Of a stretch of DNA of 64,000 nt, positions 8,460-17,052 are shown in pieces (within the stretch, counting starts at the first letter, position 1; every line of letters starts with the position of its first letter). The translations under genes were made by a program, and so were the position numbers. This stretch comes from Planctomycetota bacterium (lineage in GTDB: Bacteria; Planctomycetota; SZUA-567; H5-PLA8): NCBI GenBank assembly GCA_037129555.1, contig JBAXUS010000002.1, positions 15,598-79,597 of the forward strand, read 5' to 3'. The notes beneath the pieces were generated by a model. That model worked only from the letters and a program-made list of their open reading frames with translations, had not been told where the DNA came from and searched no databases.

Positions 8460-10052
8460 TTATTCCCAAAATGCCTTTTCGTCGTCCGTTCGTTGCTCTG
8501 CTTGTTGCTCGGGTTCGAATTGAGCGGAACGTCGCCGTTGTTGTTTGTCGCCAAGTGGATTCGGCGTTCTTTCCGCCGGACCCGGGTTGAAGACGTGGAC
8601 CGATTCTGCCTGCAATTTTTGCCGTAAGTGATCTACGCAATCATTAAGCAAAGCCCTTGCCGCTGGATCGACTGCGCGAATTTGGATGCGTTGTCCCGTC
8701 CCTGCAACGGAATCAGAAGGCGGAGATATGTGAATTCGGATCGTTCCGAACTCGGCGCTTTTGATCGTTATCGATCCAGGTTGCAAGGGTTTGGGTAACG
8801 CCTCGAAGACCTGTCGAATGATCGGATGATCCTCCGCGCGATCAATGCGAGAGGTGTTGCTGTCGAATACAGCTGCCGGTGTGTTTTGATGGAGAGCCGG
8901 ACCGAATGTCTGAGCCGAATCATCGGTGTTCGATGCTTCAGATTCGGAGCGGAAACCATCCGGTTGATCGACCGGATTGGGCGGCTCGATTTCAATCGGC
9001 GTTGGCAAAGTGGTCTTCGGAAGAATCAAGTCAGAATCGGAACGGAGTCGAGGAGCAACCTGGATTGATTGATTGTGTGAAAGCGTGGATTGAGAAAATA
9101 ATTCATGATGCGCTGGTGTCACGAATGTTTGAATCGCCGGAGGATTGCTTAGTTGATTGGCACTGTGAGACGAATCCACCACTTGAATACGAAGCGCGTC
9201 CATTCCCGCCTGTAACTCGGTGTCCTCGGGCGCAGGGGTGATCGCACGCGGGCTGACGTCGGAGTCTTTGGAGACTGACGTGTCCGACGTAATGGATTTC
9301 GACGCTGATTGAATTCCCAGTTGAATCGTGTTGAACGTGAGCGGCTCCGAGTTTTCAACAGGCTGGCGTTGACCGGCTCGTGTGAACACTGTTGACGCGA
9401 TGCCCGGTTGAGATGTTTGATCTGTGCCGGACGTTTTGTCCGGTCCGATGTGTCCTGTGTCATGTTCATGAGGCATGCCTTTCGTCCGGGCTTTCGATTC
9501 CCGGCTCACTGAGGTAGTTGTGGATTCGGATATGTCTGCCTGCTCGTGGACGTCGGAGACACGTTCGTCCGTTGCAGGTGTTGTTGAATTTAAAGTCGGT
9601 GTGACGATGGGTTGAGCGGGCGTAAAAATCAGATTCGGGACAGGGACAGGAACGCCCGATTCGTCATCCGTTTCGATCAGAGATGCGGACTTTAAAAGTG
9701 ACGGGGTATTTGACGTCGTCGTGTCGTCTGATTCATGAATGAGATGAGAAGATGGCGATGAATCGATTGAATTAAGAATTGCGTCTTGCGAATCGAGTGG
9801 ATTCAATAAAGCAGGTGCGGGAAGAGTAGAGGTGTTGATTTTCAGAAACATCCCGTGGGTCCAATTCAATTTCGGATTGGACATGATTGGGTCGGAGGAT
9901 TCATTGAGTGCGTTGTGTTCCATGTCGATGGGAATTGAGGTTGCGACAGCGTTGGAAAAGAGCGTGTCGAACTGCAGCGCCTTGTTGTTCCCTGATTGGA
10001 CCTGCTCAGTGGCTTTGGTAGATGTGCGTGGAGCAACGCCAATCGTCATCAT
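8460..10052 (-). CDS. fliK: Hook-length control protein FliK (Ser/Thr/Pro-rich, C-terminal Flg_hook domain)
   Basis: Long low-complexity S/T/P-rich N-terminal two-thirds. C-terminal domain (…ITIKSAEFGTIRIHISPPSDSVAGTGQRIQIRAVDPAARALLNDCVDHLRQKL…) matches the FliK C-terminal domain. Sits between ylxF and flgD as in Bacillus. Confidence 0.7.
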   Translation of the reverse strand: MMTIGVAPRTSTKATEQVQSGNNKALQFDTLFSNAVATSIPIDMEHNALNESSDPIMSNPKLNWTHGMFLKINTSTLPAPALLNPLDSQDAILNSIDSSPSSHLIHESDDTTTSNTPSLLKSASLIETDDESGVPVPVPNLIFTPAQPIVTPTLNSTTPATDERVSDVHEQADISESTTTSVSRESKARTKGMPHEHDTGHIGPDKTSGTDQTSQPGIASTVFTRAGQRQPVENSEPLTFNTIQLGIQSASKSITSDTSVSKDSDVSPRAITPAPEDTELQAGMDALRIQVVDSSHSANQLSNPPAIQTFVTPAHHELFSQSTLSHNQSIQVAPRLRSDSDLILPKTTLPTPIEIEPPNPVDQPDGFRSESEASNTDDSAQTFGPALHQNTPAAVFDSNTSRIDRAEDHPIIRQVFEALPKPLQPGSITIKSAEFGTIRIHISPPSDSVAGTGQRIQIRAVDPAARALLNDCVDHLRQKLQAESVHVFNPGPAERTPNPLGDKQQRRRSAQFEPEQQAEQRTDDEKAFWE

Positions 10053-10054
10053 GG

Positions 10055-10660
10055 TTATTTCTCTTTCACAAGAGTGGCGGATTTGAGTTGCTTTAAGCGG
10101 CTGGTCATGCTGACGGCAAGTTTTTCGCCTTCGGTTTCGGACGTAAGTGCGCCCAAGATTCCAGCGGTCTGCTTCTCTGTCATTTTTGCGAGAATCTTGA
10201 CGGCAAAATCGAGGTCAATCCCGCGCGCCAGTTTGGCCGCATCTGCAGGATCCATTTGCGCCCAGGTCTTGGCGAGCCGCTTGAGATTCACCATTTCGTT
10301 GGCGTCGATTTCGAGCACGGAAGTTTTCGCGCGCAACTCAGCGTCTTCGATTTCTTGTTTAAGCGCCAATAGGGCTTTGCGTTCCTGATCGATTTTGGCG
10401 GATGCTTCCGCAAGCGGTCGTTCGCGATCCTGCAAGGCCGCTTTCTGTTTGGCCACTTCGGCGATCATGCGCCGCAATTCGAGATCCTTGGGGACGACAA
10501 CCGGATCAGGAACCGTTTTTTTCAAAGCTTCTTTGTCTGCAGAGGGGGCGATTTTGTTGGGAAAGATTTTGGCGAAGAGATCCACGTTCCAAAATCGTGG
10601 AACGATGCATCCGGCCAATCCCAGGATCAAACCGATGATGATTCCGATCACTATTTTCAT
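10055..10660 (-). CDS. Flagellar operon protein with an MgtE-N-like domain (B. subtilis YlxF / FlbB-like)
   Basis: N-terminal TM, then a coiled coil, then a helical C-terminal domain (…LAKTWAQMDPADAAKLARGIDLDFAVKILAKMTEKQTAGILGALT…) resembling the MgtE intracellular N domain found in YlxF. Sits between fliJ and fliK. Confidence 0.55.
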   Translation of the reverse strand: MKIVIGIIIGLILGLAGCIVPRFWNVDLFAKIFPNKIAPSADKEALKKTVPDPVVVPKDLELRRMIAEVAKQKAALQDRERPLAEASAKIDQERKALLALKQEIEDAELRAKTSVLEIDANEMVNLKRLAKTWAQMDPADAAKLARGIDLDFAVKILAKMTEKQTAGILGALTSETEGEKLAVSMTSRLKQLKSATLVKEK

Positions 10661-11100
10661 TCCGTCCGTGCCTCCAGCAAAATTGAAAACTCGTCCAACA
10701 CCAATTGTTCTTTGCGCTGCTCTTCCACTTCGGCGCGGTGTTCGGAATTCTCGCGAGCTTTTTCGAGTGTCTTCACCTGAATCAAGGCGCGTTCCAATTC
10801 GGATCGGGCGGCAATAACTTCCTTGCGAATTTTTTCCGCTTCATGTTGAGCAGCGGTTACAGACTGAACTTGATTCGATCGTGCGCGTTCGAAATCTGCG
10901 GCATGCCATGCGCTCATTCCGCGGTTCGCCGCAATCGTCCAATCACAAGACAACCGCGCGCCAAATTCTTCCAATCCACGCACGACGTCTTCGGCCGCAG
11001 CCAACTGTTGAGCCACGCCAGCCAGTTTGGCTTTGCAGGCATCCGCCTGCCGCGTTCGGACGTCGAGCAAGCGTTGGAGGCGGAATTTTATTCGTGACAT
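10657..11100 (-). CDS. fliJ: Flagellar export chaperone FliJ
   Basis: 147-aa coiled-coil protein (MSRIKFRLQRLLDVRTRQADACKAKLAG…) immediately downstream of fliI. Start at the internal ATG at 11100; the longer ORF to 11208 overlaps fliI. Confidence 0.7.
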   Translation of the reverse strand: MSRIKFRLQRLLDVRTRQADACKAKLAGVAQQLAAAEDVVRGLEEFGARLSCDWTIAANRGMSAWHAADFERARSNQVQSVTAAQHEAEKIRKEVIAARSELERALIQVKTLEKARENSEHRAEVEEQRKEQLVLDEFSILLEARTE

Positions 11101-11108
11101 GAGACGCC

Positions 11109-12461
11109 TCAGTTCTGACCGGCCAATTGACTCATCAGTTTTTGCAACTCCGCGAAGCCCTGCGTTTCGTCGGGAGCCTGCTTCAAGAAATCCTGGACCC
11201 GCGACCACATTTGCAACGCCCGGTCAATCTCCGGATTGCTGCCGCGCACATACGCTCCCACGTCGATGAGATCGCGCGCTTCCTTGTAGGTCGCCAGAAT
11301 CGTGCGTATGAATGTGGCTGCAAGTCGATGCTCTTTGCTGGCGATGTCGAGGAAGATGCGGCTTTGACTTTGCAGGACATCGATGGCAGGGAAATGGTTC
11401 GCCCCGGCCAGATCGCGCGACAGCGAGATGTGTCCGTCCAGAATGGCGCGGGCGGCATCGGCCACGGGTTCGTTGTGGTCGTCGCCTTCAACAAAGACGG
11501 TATACAGGCCCGTGATGGAACCTTTTTCCGAAGTGCCAGAGCGTTCAAGCAATTTGGGCAACATGGAGAAAACGGACGGTGTGTAGCCGCGTGTGGTCGG
11601 CGGTTCACCGGCGGCGAGACCGATTTCGCGCTGGGCCAAACACGCGCGCGTCACCGAGTCCATCATCAACAGCACGTTGAGGCCTTGGTCGCGGAAATAT
11701 TCGGCGACGGCGGATGCCGCCTGAGCGCCTTTGAGACGCAGCAAGGGCGGTTGGTCGGATGTCGCGACCAGCACCACGGACCGCCGCATTCCTTCCGGTC
11801 CCAAATCGCGTTCAATAAAATCACGCACTTCGCGACCGCGTTCGCCGATCAGCGCGATGACATTGACATCCGAGCGTGCGTGTTTGGCGAACATGCCGAG
11901 CAACGTGCTTTTGCCGACACCGCTGCCGCCGAAAATTCCAATGCGCTGCCCCCGCCCGCAGGTGATCAGCCCGTCCACGACGCGGACGCCCAGTGGAAGA
12001 ATTTCTTTGATGCGCGGCCGGGTGAGGGGATCGGGTGGTGGGGCGACCAGCGGTTGCTGGGTGTCGCTGGCTATCGGTCCTAGCCCATCGATGGGGAGGC
12101 AAAATGCATCCACGACACGCCCGAGCAGACCCTTGCCGACCGGCACACGCATGGGCCGCGACTCCGACGTCACCAACAGGCCGGGACGAATTCCGTGCAA
12201 TTCTCCGAGCGGCATCAGCAGCAAACGGGAGTCGTGGAAGCCGATGACTTCGAGCGGTTGCCGGGAGCCATCGGGCATATGAACATGACACAACTCGCCA
12301 ATTGCAGCGAGCGGTCCGGTGCTTTCCAATGCCAGTCCCACCACCCGTGTAACCATGCCCGAACACACATAGGTTGAACGGATGTCGAGGCTGTGGAGCC
12401 GGTTCGACACGATTTGCATGTGGTGTTCAAGTGGCATGATGGCTGACATGGCGTTTCGCAC
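11109..12461 (-). CDS. fliI: Flagellum-specific ATP synthase FliI
   Basis: Walker A GGSGVGKST, Walker B LLMMDSVTR, and F1/V1-ATPase beta-like architecture. 450 aa. Confidence 0.9.
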   Translation of the reverse strand: MRNAMSAIMPLEHHMQIVSNRLHSLDIRSTYVCSGMVTRVVGLALESTGPLAAIGELCHVHMPDGSRQPLEVIGFHDSRLLLMPLGELHGIRPGLLVTSESRPMRVPVGKGLLGRVVDAFCLPIDGLGPIASDTQQPLVAPPPDPLTRPRIKEILPLGVRVVDGLITCGRGQRIGIFGGSGVGKSTLLGMFAKHARSDVNVIALIGERGREVRDFIERDLGPEGMRRSVVLVATSDQPPLLRLKGAQAASAVAEYFRDQGLNVLLMMDSVTRACLAQREIGLAAGEPPTTRGYTPSVFSMLPKLLERSGTSEKGSITGLYTVFVEGDDHNEPVADAARAILDGHISLSRDLAGANHFPAIDVLQSQSRIFLDIASKEHRLAATFIRTILATYKEARDLIDVGAYVRGSNPEIDRALQMWSRVQDFLKQAPDETQGFAELQKLMSQLAGQN

Positions 12462-12470
12462 TTTCCGCTT

Positions 12471-13100
12471 TTACTTTGAGGGTTCATCGTATCCAAGTTC
12501 CCGCGCGACCAGCGCGAGACGTTCGCTCATTTGACCATTCCAACTGCCCTGGGGAGTTTGAACCACGCATCCGCCTGGCTCGATGGTGTCATCCTCCACC
12601 AGTGTCGTTTTAGCCGGTACGTCGAATGCAACGGCTGTTCCGTCGCGGCTTTTCAACATGTGGCTTGTTGATGGATGAACGCGCAGCACGCTCGTGTCGT
12701 TTTGTGGCGCGAGGCGGAGCACTCGCAAGACGGATTCCCGGACGGTGTCCGGATTTTTCAGTTCCCGCTCCAGCAGTTTCGCTGCAATTTCAAGCGCCAG
12801 TTTGATGGCTGCGGAGTCCAGATGATCGGCGGCTTTCCTGGTTTCGACCTGCAACGCCTCGGCACACGTTTTCAGGAAATCACGAACCGGTTCGATTTCT
12901 TTCAGACCGCTTTCGCGCCCCATCCGGAAGCCTTCCCTGCGGGCGTTGTCTATTGCCGCCGGATCCGGCTGTGGAATTTGAAAGGGCGGAGCCGTCGGTG
13001 CTTTGTTCACTAACTCGGAAATCAGCGTCGCTGTTTTTCCGTTGGACGCCAAGCGCATGACGGGTCGTCCAAACGAGATCGTCTGTCCTTCAGGCCACAA
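12471..13100 (-). CDS. fliH: Flagellar assembly protein FliH
   Basis: FliH/YscL-like C-terminal region (…LRLAPQNDTSVLRVHPSTSHML…). Sits between fliG and fliI. Confidence 0.7.
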   Translation of the reverse strand: MWPEGQTISFGRPVMRLASNGKTATLISELVNKAPTAPPFQIPQPDPAAIDNARREGFRMGRESGLKEIEPVRDFLKTCAEALQVETRKAADHLDSAAIKLALEIAAKLLERELKNPDTVRESVLRVLRLAPQNDTSVLRVHPSTSHMLKSRDGTAVAFDVPAKTTLVEDDTIEPGGCVVQTPQGSWNGQMSERLALVARELGYDEPSK

Positions 13101-14121
13101 GTTCGTCCTCCTTCTCGGAGCGACCGAGGTTCAACTTGCCTTCGTCTTCGAGGCGGCGGGCCACGCTGACGATGCGTTGTTGGGCGGCTTCGATTTCGGA
13201 GCGGGGTTTCGGACCCATCATATCGAGTTCTTCTGCCAAACGTTCCGCGGCGCGTTTGGACAGATTGCGTTGAATCGCTTCCTTCATCGCAGTCGGCGCG
13301 TTTTTCAGCGCCAGGCAGATGTCCGCGATATCAACGTCCTTCAGCAGGATTTGAATGGCCGAGTCTGACAATCGGATCAAGTCTTCGAACACCAGCATCA
13401 GTTTCTTGACTTCCTGCGCCAATTTCGCATCGCTTTGTGTGAGCGCAGCGAATATTTTCCTTTCGGTGCTTCGGTCCACATTCGAAATCACTTGGGCGGC
13501 GGCTTTGTAGCCGCCGGCGATACGAAGGCGGCCCGGCATGCCGCTCAGTTTCTTACGCACGTTGGCTTCGACTTGACGGACGATCTCGGGCGCGATGCGA
13601 TCCATGTTGGCGATGCGGGCCACGACATGCGCCTGAAAATCGGCAGGAAATGCCGCGAGGATTTCAGCTGCGCGCCGGGGATTGATGTGGCACAATATCA
13701 ACGCAAGCGTTTGGGGCCGCTCAGCCTGAAGACTGCTGACGAACTGGCGCGGGTCCAACTGGTTGAGGAATTCGAAATATTTGCCTTCATTTTTCGAGCC
13801 TTTAACCTTCGACATAAGCAACAATGCTTTGTCTCTTCCGACGCACTTTTCAAGCAGCCCCTGCAATTCAAAGTCTTCGACGTCGCCTTTCATCTGCGCC
13901 GCAAAATCATTGAGAACCTGCATGCGCGAATCGACCGGAATGAGGTTGATGTCCATCATCGCCGTCGAGACGTCTTCCATTTCCGCCATTGAAAGCTCTT
14001 TGAATATTTTCGTTGCGGAATCGAGACCGAGCGACGAAATGATCAACGCTGCTTTCTTGACGTTGCTCAGCGCTGCATAATTCGCTGTCTCCGAGCTTGT
14101 CATAAACGCTTCTTCTAACAT
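13090..14121 (-). CDS. fliG: Flagellar motor switch protein FliG
   Basis: Full FliG three-domain signature including the C-terminal torque helix (…MMGPKPRSEIEAAQQRIVSVARRLEDEG…). Start may be the ATG at 14103. Confidence 0.9.
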   Translation of the reverse strand: MLEEAFMTSSETANYAALSNVKKAALIISSLGLDSATKIFKELSMAEMEDVSTAMMDINLIPVDSRMQVLNDFAAQMKGDVEDFELQGLLEKCVGRDKALLLMSKVKGSKNEGKYFEFLNQLDPRQFVSSLQAERPQTLALILCHINPRRAAEILAAFPADFQAHVVARIANMDRIAPEIVRQVEANVRKKLSGMPGRLRIAGGYKAAAQVISNVDRSTERKIFAALTQSDAKLAQEVKKLMLVFEDLIRLSDSAIQILLKDVDIADICLALKNAPTAMKEAIQRNLSKRAAERLAEELDMMGPKPRSEIEAAQQRIVSVARRLEDEGKLNLGRSEKEDELVA

Positions 14122-14131
14122 GATGCACCCC

Positions 14132-15724
14132 TCAGTTTAGCAAGGCCCGAATCAGATTGACTGCCTGGGTATTATTCTTGTTGACCAATTCCTTCACTTC
14201 GTTCGCCTTTTTTGCGAAGGGTGATTTGTCCGGCAGTTGTTCGAAAGGACGAACAACCAGCTCCTGGGCAACCGGAGCCTCAATGGATTTGTGAACCGGC
14301 ACAGGTGCGGCTGCTGCCGGCAGCGACGCGACAATGCGGCGGAAGACGAAGGCCATAACCACGATACCGGCCAACGCCATAGCGTCGGGAAAATAGGTGC
14401 GGGCCAGATCAAACCAATAGCTGGATTGACCGCCGAGTTCGATCCCGGCCACTGGGAGTGGGGCTGGATTGAATGGCATTTCCTCGATTTTGATGGAGTC
14501 CTGGCGATCCGCCGAAAATCCCACCGCCATCCGCACGATTTCGGTGAGCGCCTCCATTTCTTTTGGAGATCGCGGCTTTGGCTCATCCGAGCCGGCGACT
14601 TTGTTGGGAGCCACCAGCACGGCGATGGACAGGCGTTTGATGCCACCGCTTTCGGGAATGATGTGCTCCTTGGTGATGTTGTAGTCGTAACGGTTCTTGA
14701 GTTCCTTTTGTTTGCGGGCTCCGGCGCCTCCGCCGGAATTCGCAGCGTTGGTATCGGGCACGTTTGAACCCGTGCCGGGTATCCCGCCGGACGTTTTGCC
14801 CGAACCGGCGTCTTCGCTGCGCGTGGATTCCTCTAGCAAGACCTGGGAGTCCGGATCGATCTTCTGCAAGTCGCGGACGATTCGTTCGAGATTCAATTGG
14901 GCGGTGACACGGACCGCCACCTGGCCCGGACCGACGACCTTTTCGAGCAGCGTCTGAACTTTGTCCGAGAGTGTGCTTTCGATGCGGTGTTGCGAGGTGA
15001 ATTCGTCGTCGCTCATCGCATGACCACGCAGTAGCCCGGTGGAATCATCGTCTTCGAAACGCGAGAAGAGGCGACCGGTGGAATCCATCACCGCAACGTT
15101 TTGAATCTTTAGTTTCGGGACGCTCGACGCGACAAGATGCTGGATTGCCTTGATGCTTTCGCGTTGCAGGCTGCGGCCCGGGCGCAGTTTCACCATGACC
15201 GAGCCTTTTGCTTCACGGGCGTCGCGCTTGAAGACATCGTCTTCGGGAATCGAAAGCGAGACGGTGGCTGTGTCGATGGCTTCCATGGATTGCAGATTGC
15301 GCGCGAGACTTCCCTGGAGTGCACGCAGATAATTGAGGTGCTGGACATACTCGGTGGTGCCGAACTGCATCTTGTCGAACAACTCAAATCCTTCGGTCTG
15401 ATTCTTGGGCAAACCTTGCGCGGAGAGCGCCAGTCGCGCGTCGGTAGCCTTCGATGAAGTCACGTAAATGGCACCGCGGCTGGGTTCATAGCGGAAGGCG
15501 ATCTTGTCGTCGTTCAGCCGGGTGCTGATGGCTGCCGCGTCCTCCGGACTCAAGCCGCCGTACAGCAGAACATAGTCCGGTTGGTTCGACCATACGCTGA
15601 ACCCGGCAATTAGCAGCACGGTTGCACCGACGAAGCTCAAGAGCGTCACGCGCGGGCCGGTGCCCAGGCTCTTCCAGAAGTTAATTGTTTGAGTTGTGAT
15701 GTCGTTGAATAAAGCCACAATCAT
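14132..15724 (-). CDS. fliF: Flagellar MS-ring protein FliF
   Basis: 530 aa with an N-terminal TM and YscJ/FliF domains (…LLYGGLSPEDAAAISTRLNDDKIAFRYEP…). Confidence 0.9.
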   Translation of the reverse strand: MIVALFNDITTQTINFWKSLGTGPRVTLLSFVGATVLLIAGFSVWSNQPDYVLLYGGLSPEDAAAISTRLNDDKIAFRYEPSRGAIYVTSSKATDARLALSAQGLPKNQTEGFELFDKMQFGTTEYVQHLNYLRALQGSLARNLQSMEAIDTATVSLSIPEDDVFKRDAREAKGSVMVKLRPGRSLQRESIKAIQHLVASSVPKLKIQNVAVMDSTGRLFSRFEDDDSTGLLRGHAMSDDEFTSQHRIESTLSDKVQTLLEKVVGPGQVAVRVTAQLNLERIVRDLQKIDPDSQVLLEESTRSEDAGSGKTSGGIPGTGSNVPDTNAANSGGGAGARKQKELKNRYDYNITKEHIIPESGGIKRLSIAVLVAPNKVAGSDEPKPRSPKEMEALTEIVRMAVGFSADRQDSIKIEEMPFNPAPLPVAGIELGGQSSYWFDLARTYFPDAMALAGIVVMAFVFRRIVASLPAAAAPVPVHKSIEAPVAQELVVRPFEQLPDKSPFAKKANEVKELVNKNNTQAVNLIRALLN

Positions 15725-15730
15725 TCTCCG

Positions 15731-16030
15731 TTAAACCGGCATTCTTGAAATTTCCTGGTACGCCTCGATGACTTTGTTGCGCACTTCCACGGCGAGCGTC
15801 AGCGTCATACGAGCCTGTTCCATGGCCAGCATCACTTCGTGAACATCGCCTGTGCGACCGGTGATGAATTGCTGTACCGTCGCGTCCGCGTTGACCTGCG
15901 ATGCGTGAACGTCGTGAATTGCACTCGAAACAAAGTCGCCAAACGAACCGCCCTGGGACGGAATGGCTTGGGTTGCCGGAGCCGAGCCGATCGATGCCGG
16001 CGTAAGGGATATCCCGGGATTGACTATCAT
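15731..16030 (-). CDS. fliE: Flagellar hook-basal body protein FliE
   Basis: 99 aa with FliE C-terminal motif (…DVHEVMLAMEQARMTLTLAVEVRNKVIEAYQEI…). Confidence 0.85.
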   Translation of the reverse strand: MIVNPGISLTPASIGSAPATQAIPSQGGSFGDFVSSAIHDVHASQVNADATVQQFITGRTGDVHEVMLAMEQARMTLTLAVEVRNKVIEAYQEISRMPV

Positions 16031-16083
16031 GAAAGGCTTCTCCTGAAGAACTGTCTACGCTGTCCGTGTGCCACGCCTGCACG

Positions 16084-16521
16084 TTAAATGCGGCCAAGTT
16101 CGAGTGCTTTTTGAAACACGGACCGGCTGATTTTGAATGCGGCTGCATTGGCTTCATAGGCGCGGGATGCGGTGAGTAAATCCGCCATTTCCTCTGCGGG
16201 CCGGATATCCGGCATCTGGACATTGCCGTTTATATCTGCGTGAGGGTGTTCCGGAAGATGGACCGTGATCGGTGCCCGGTTGTCCGGACTGACGCTGGAG
16301 ACCCGTACTCCTGAGCCGGCGAATACCGGCGATCCTTGAGATTGATGCATCACGGATTCAAAAGCGATCGTCTGGCGTTTGTAGGGGCCGCCATCCGACG
16401 TGCGAGTGGTCTCGGAATTCGCCATGTTGGACGCGATGACGTCCAGCCGGGCGCGTTGCGCTTTGAGCGCGGAAGTGCTGATCGAAAGCGCGTTGAATCG
16501 TCCGGTCGAATTTATAACCAT
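16084..16521 (-). CDS. flgC: Flagellar proximal rod protein FlgC
   Basis: FlgC signature (…LDVIASNMANSETTRTSDGGPYKRQ…NVQMPDIRPAEEMADLLTASRAYEANAAAFKI…). Start at the ATG at 16521, preceded by GGAG. First gene of the long minus-strand operon. Confidence 0.9.
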   Translation of the reverse strand: MVINSTGRFNALSISTSALKAQRARLDVIASNMANSETTRTSDGGPYKRQTIAFESVMHQSQGSPVFAGSGVRVSSVSPDNRAPITVHLPEHPHADINGNVQMPDIRPAEEMADLLTASRAYEANAAAFKISRSVFQKALELGRI

Positions 16522-16581
16522 GTTTGGCTCCAAATTTGGAAATGATAAAATTTCCACTTAAGTTTGAACGGAAAGAGCCGA

Positions 16582-16597
16582 TGCAAGCGCAAGGCCA
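16582..16597 (-). promoter_or_regulatory. Sigma-54 (-24/-12) promoter for the flgC operon
   Basis: Minus-strand sequence TGGCCTTGCGCTTGCA has exact GG-N10-GC spacing and matches TGGCAC-N5-TTGCA at 12 of 15 positions. It lies about 60 nt upstream of the flgC ATG. Confidence 0.55.
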
Positions 16598-17052
16598 CTC
16601 TAAAATTTTGCCGCACAGAAAGTATTGCCGAACCATGCCTCGGTGACTGCGCTGTAGTGTGCAATGGAAGGGTGCATTGTGAGCGCCGAATACAATTGAG
16701 TTTCGCTATAACGATCTGGGCGAGGGGATGTCGAGTCGTTCCACTTTTCAATAATGCTTATTTATAAATAACTGAAGATTTTAACAGTACGAGTTTACTA
16801 TGCGTAAACGAAGACGTTGACAGATCATATATATATATATTCGACTACCTTTTAGTTATTCCGATAGTGTAAGCGAAAATATTGAAATTATGCTGGAATG
16901 CAATGAGCGCACACTGTAAGGTTGAGCAATGTTTACTTCGCAAGGTATCAATGCGTATTTTTCCACATGGGTTGGCGTAACGATTGCTTGATCAATTGTG
17001 AATCATCGATTTTGAGTAGGCGTGATTGGAACCAAACAAACCGGGGGGTTTT

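Noticed and set aside
11127-12083. 318-aa plus-strand ORF antisense to fliI
   Set aside because: Arg/Gly-rich, GC-driven shadow ORF lying entirely inside a strongly supported gene.
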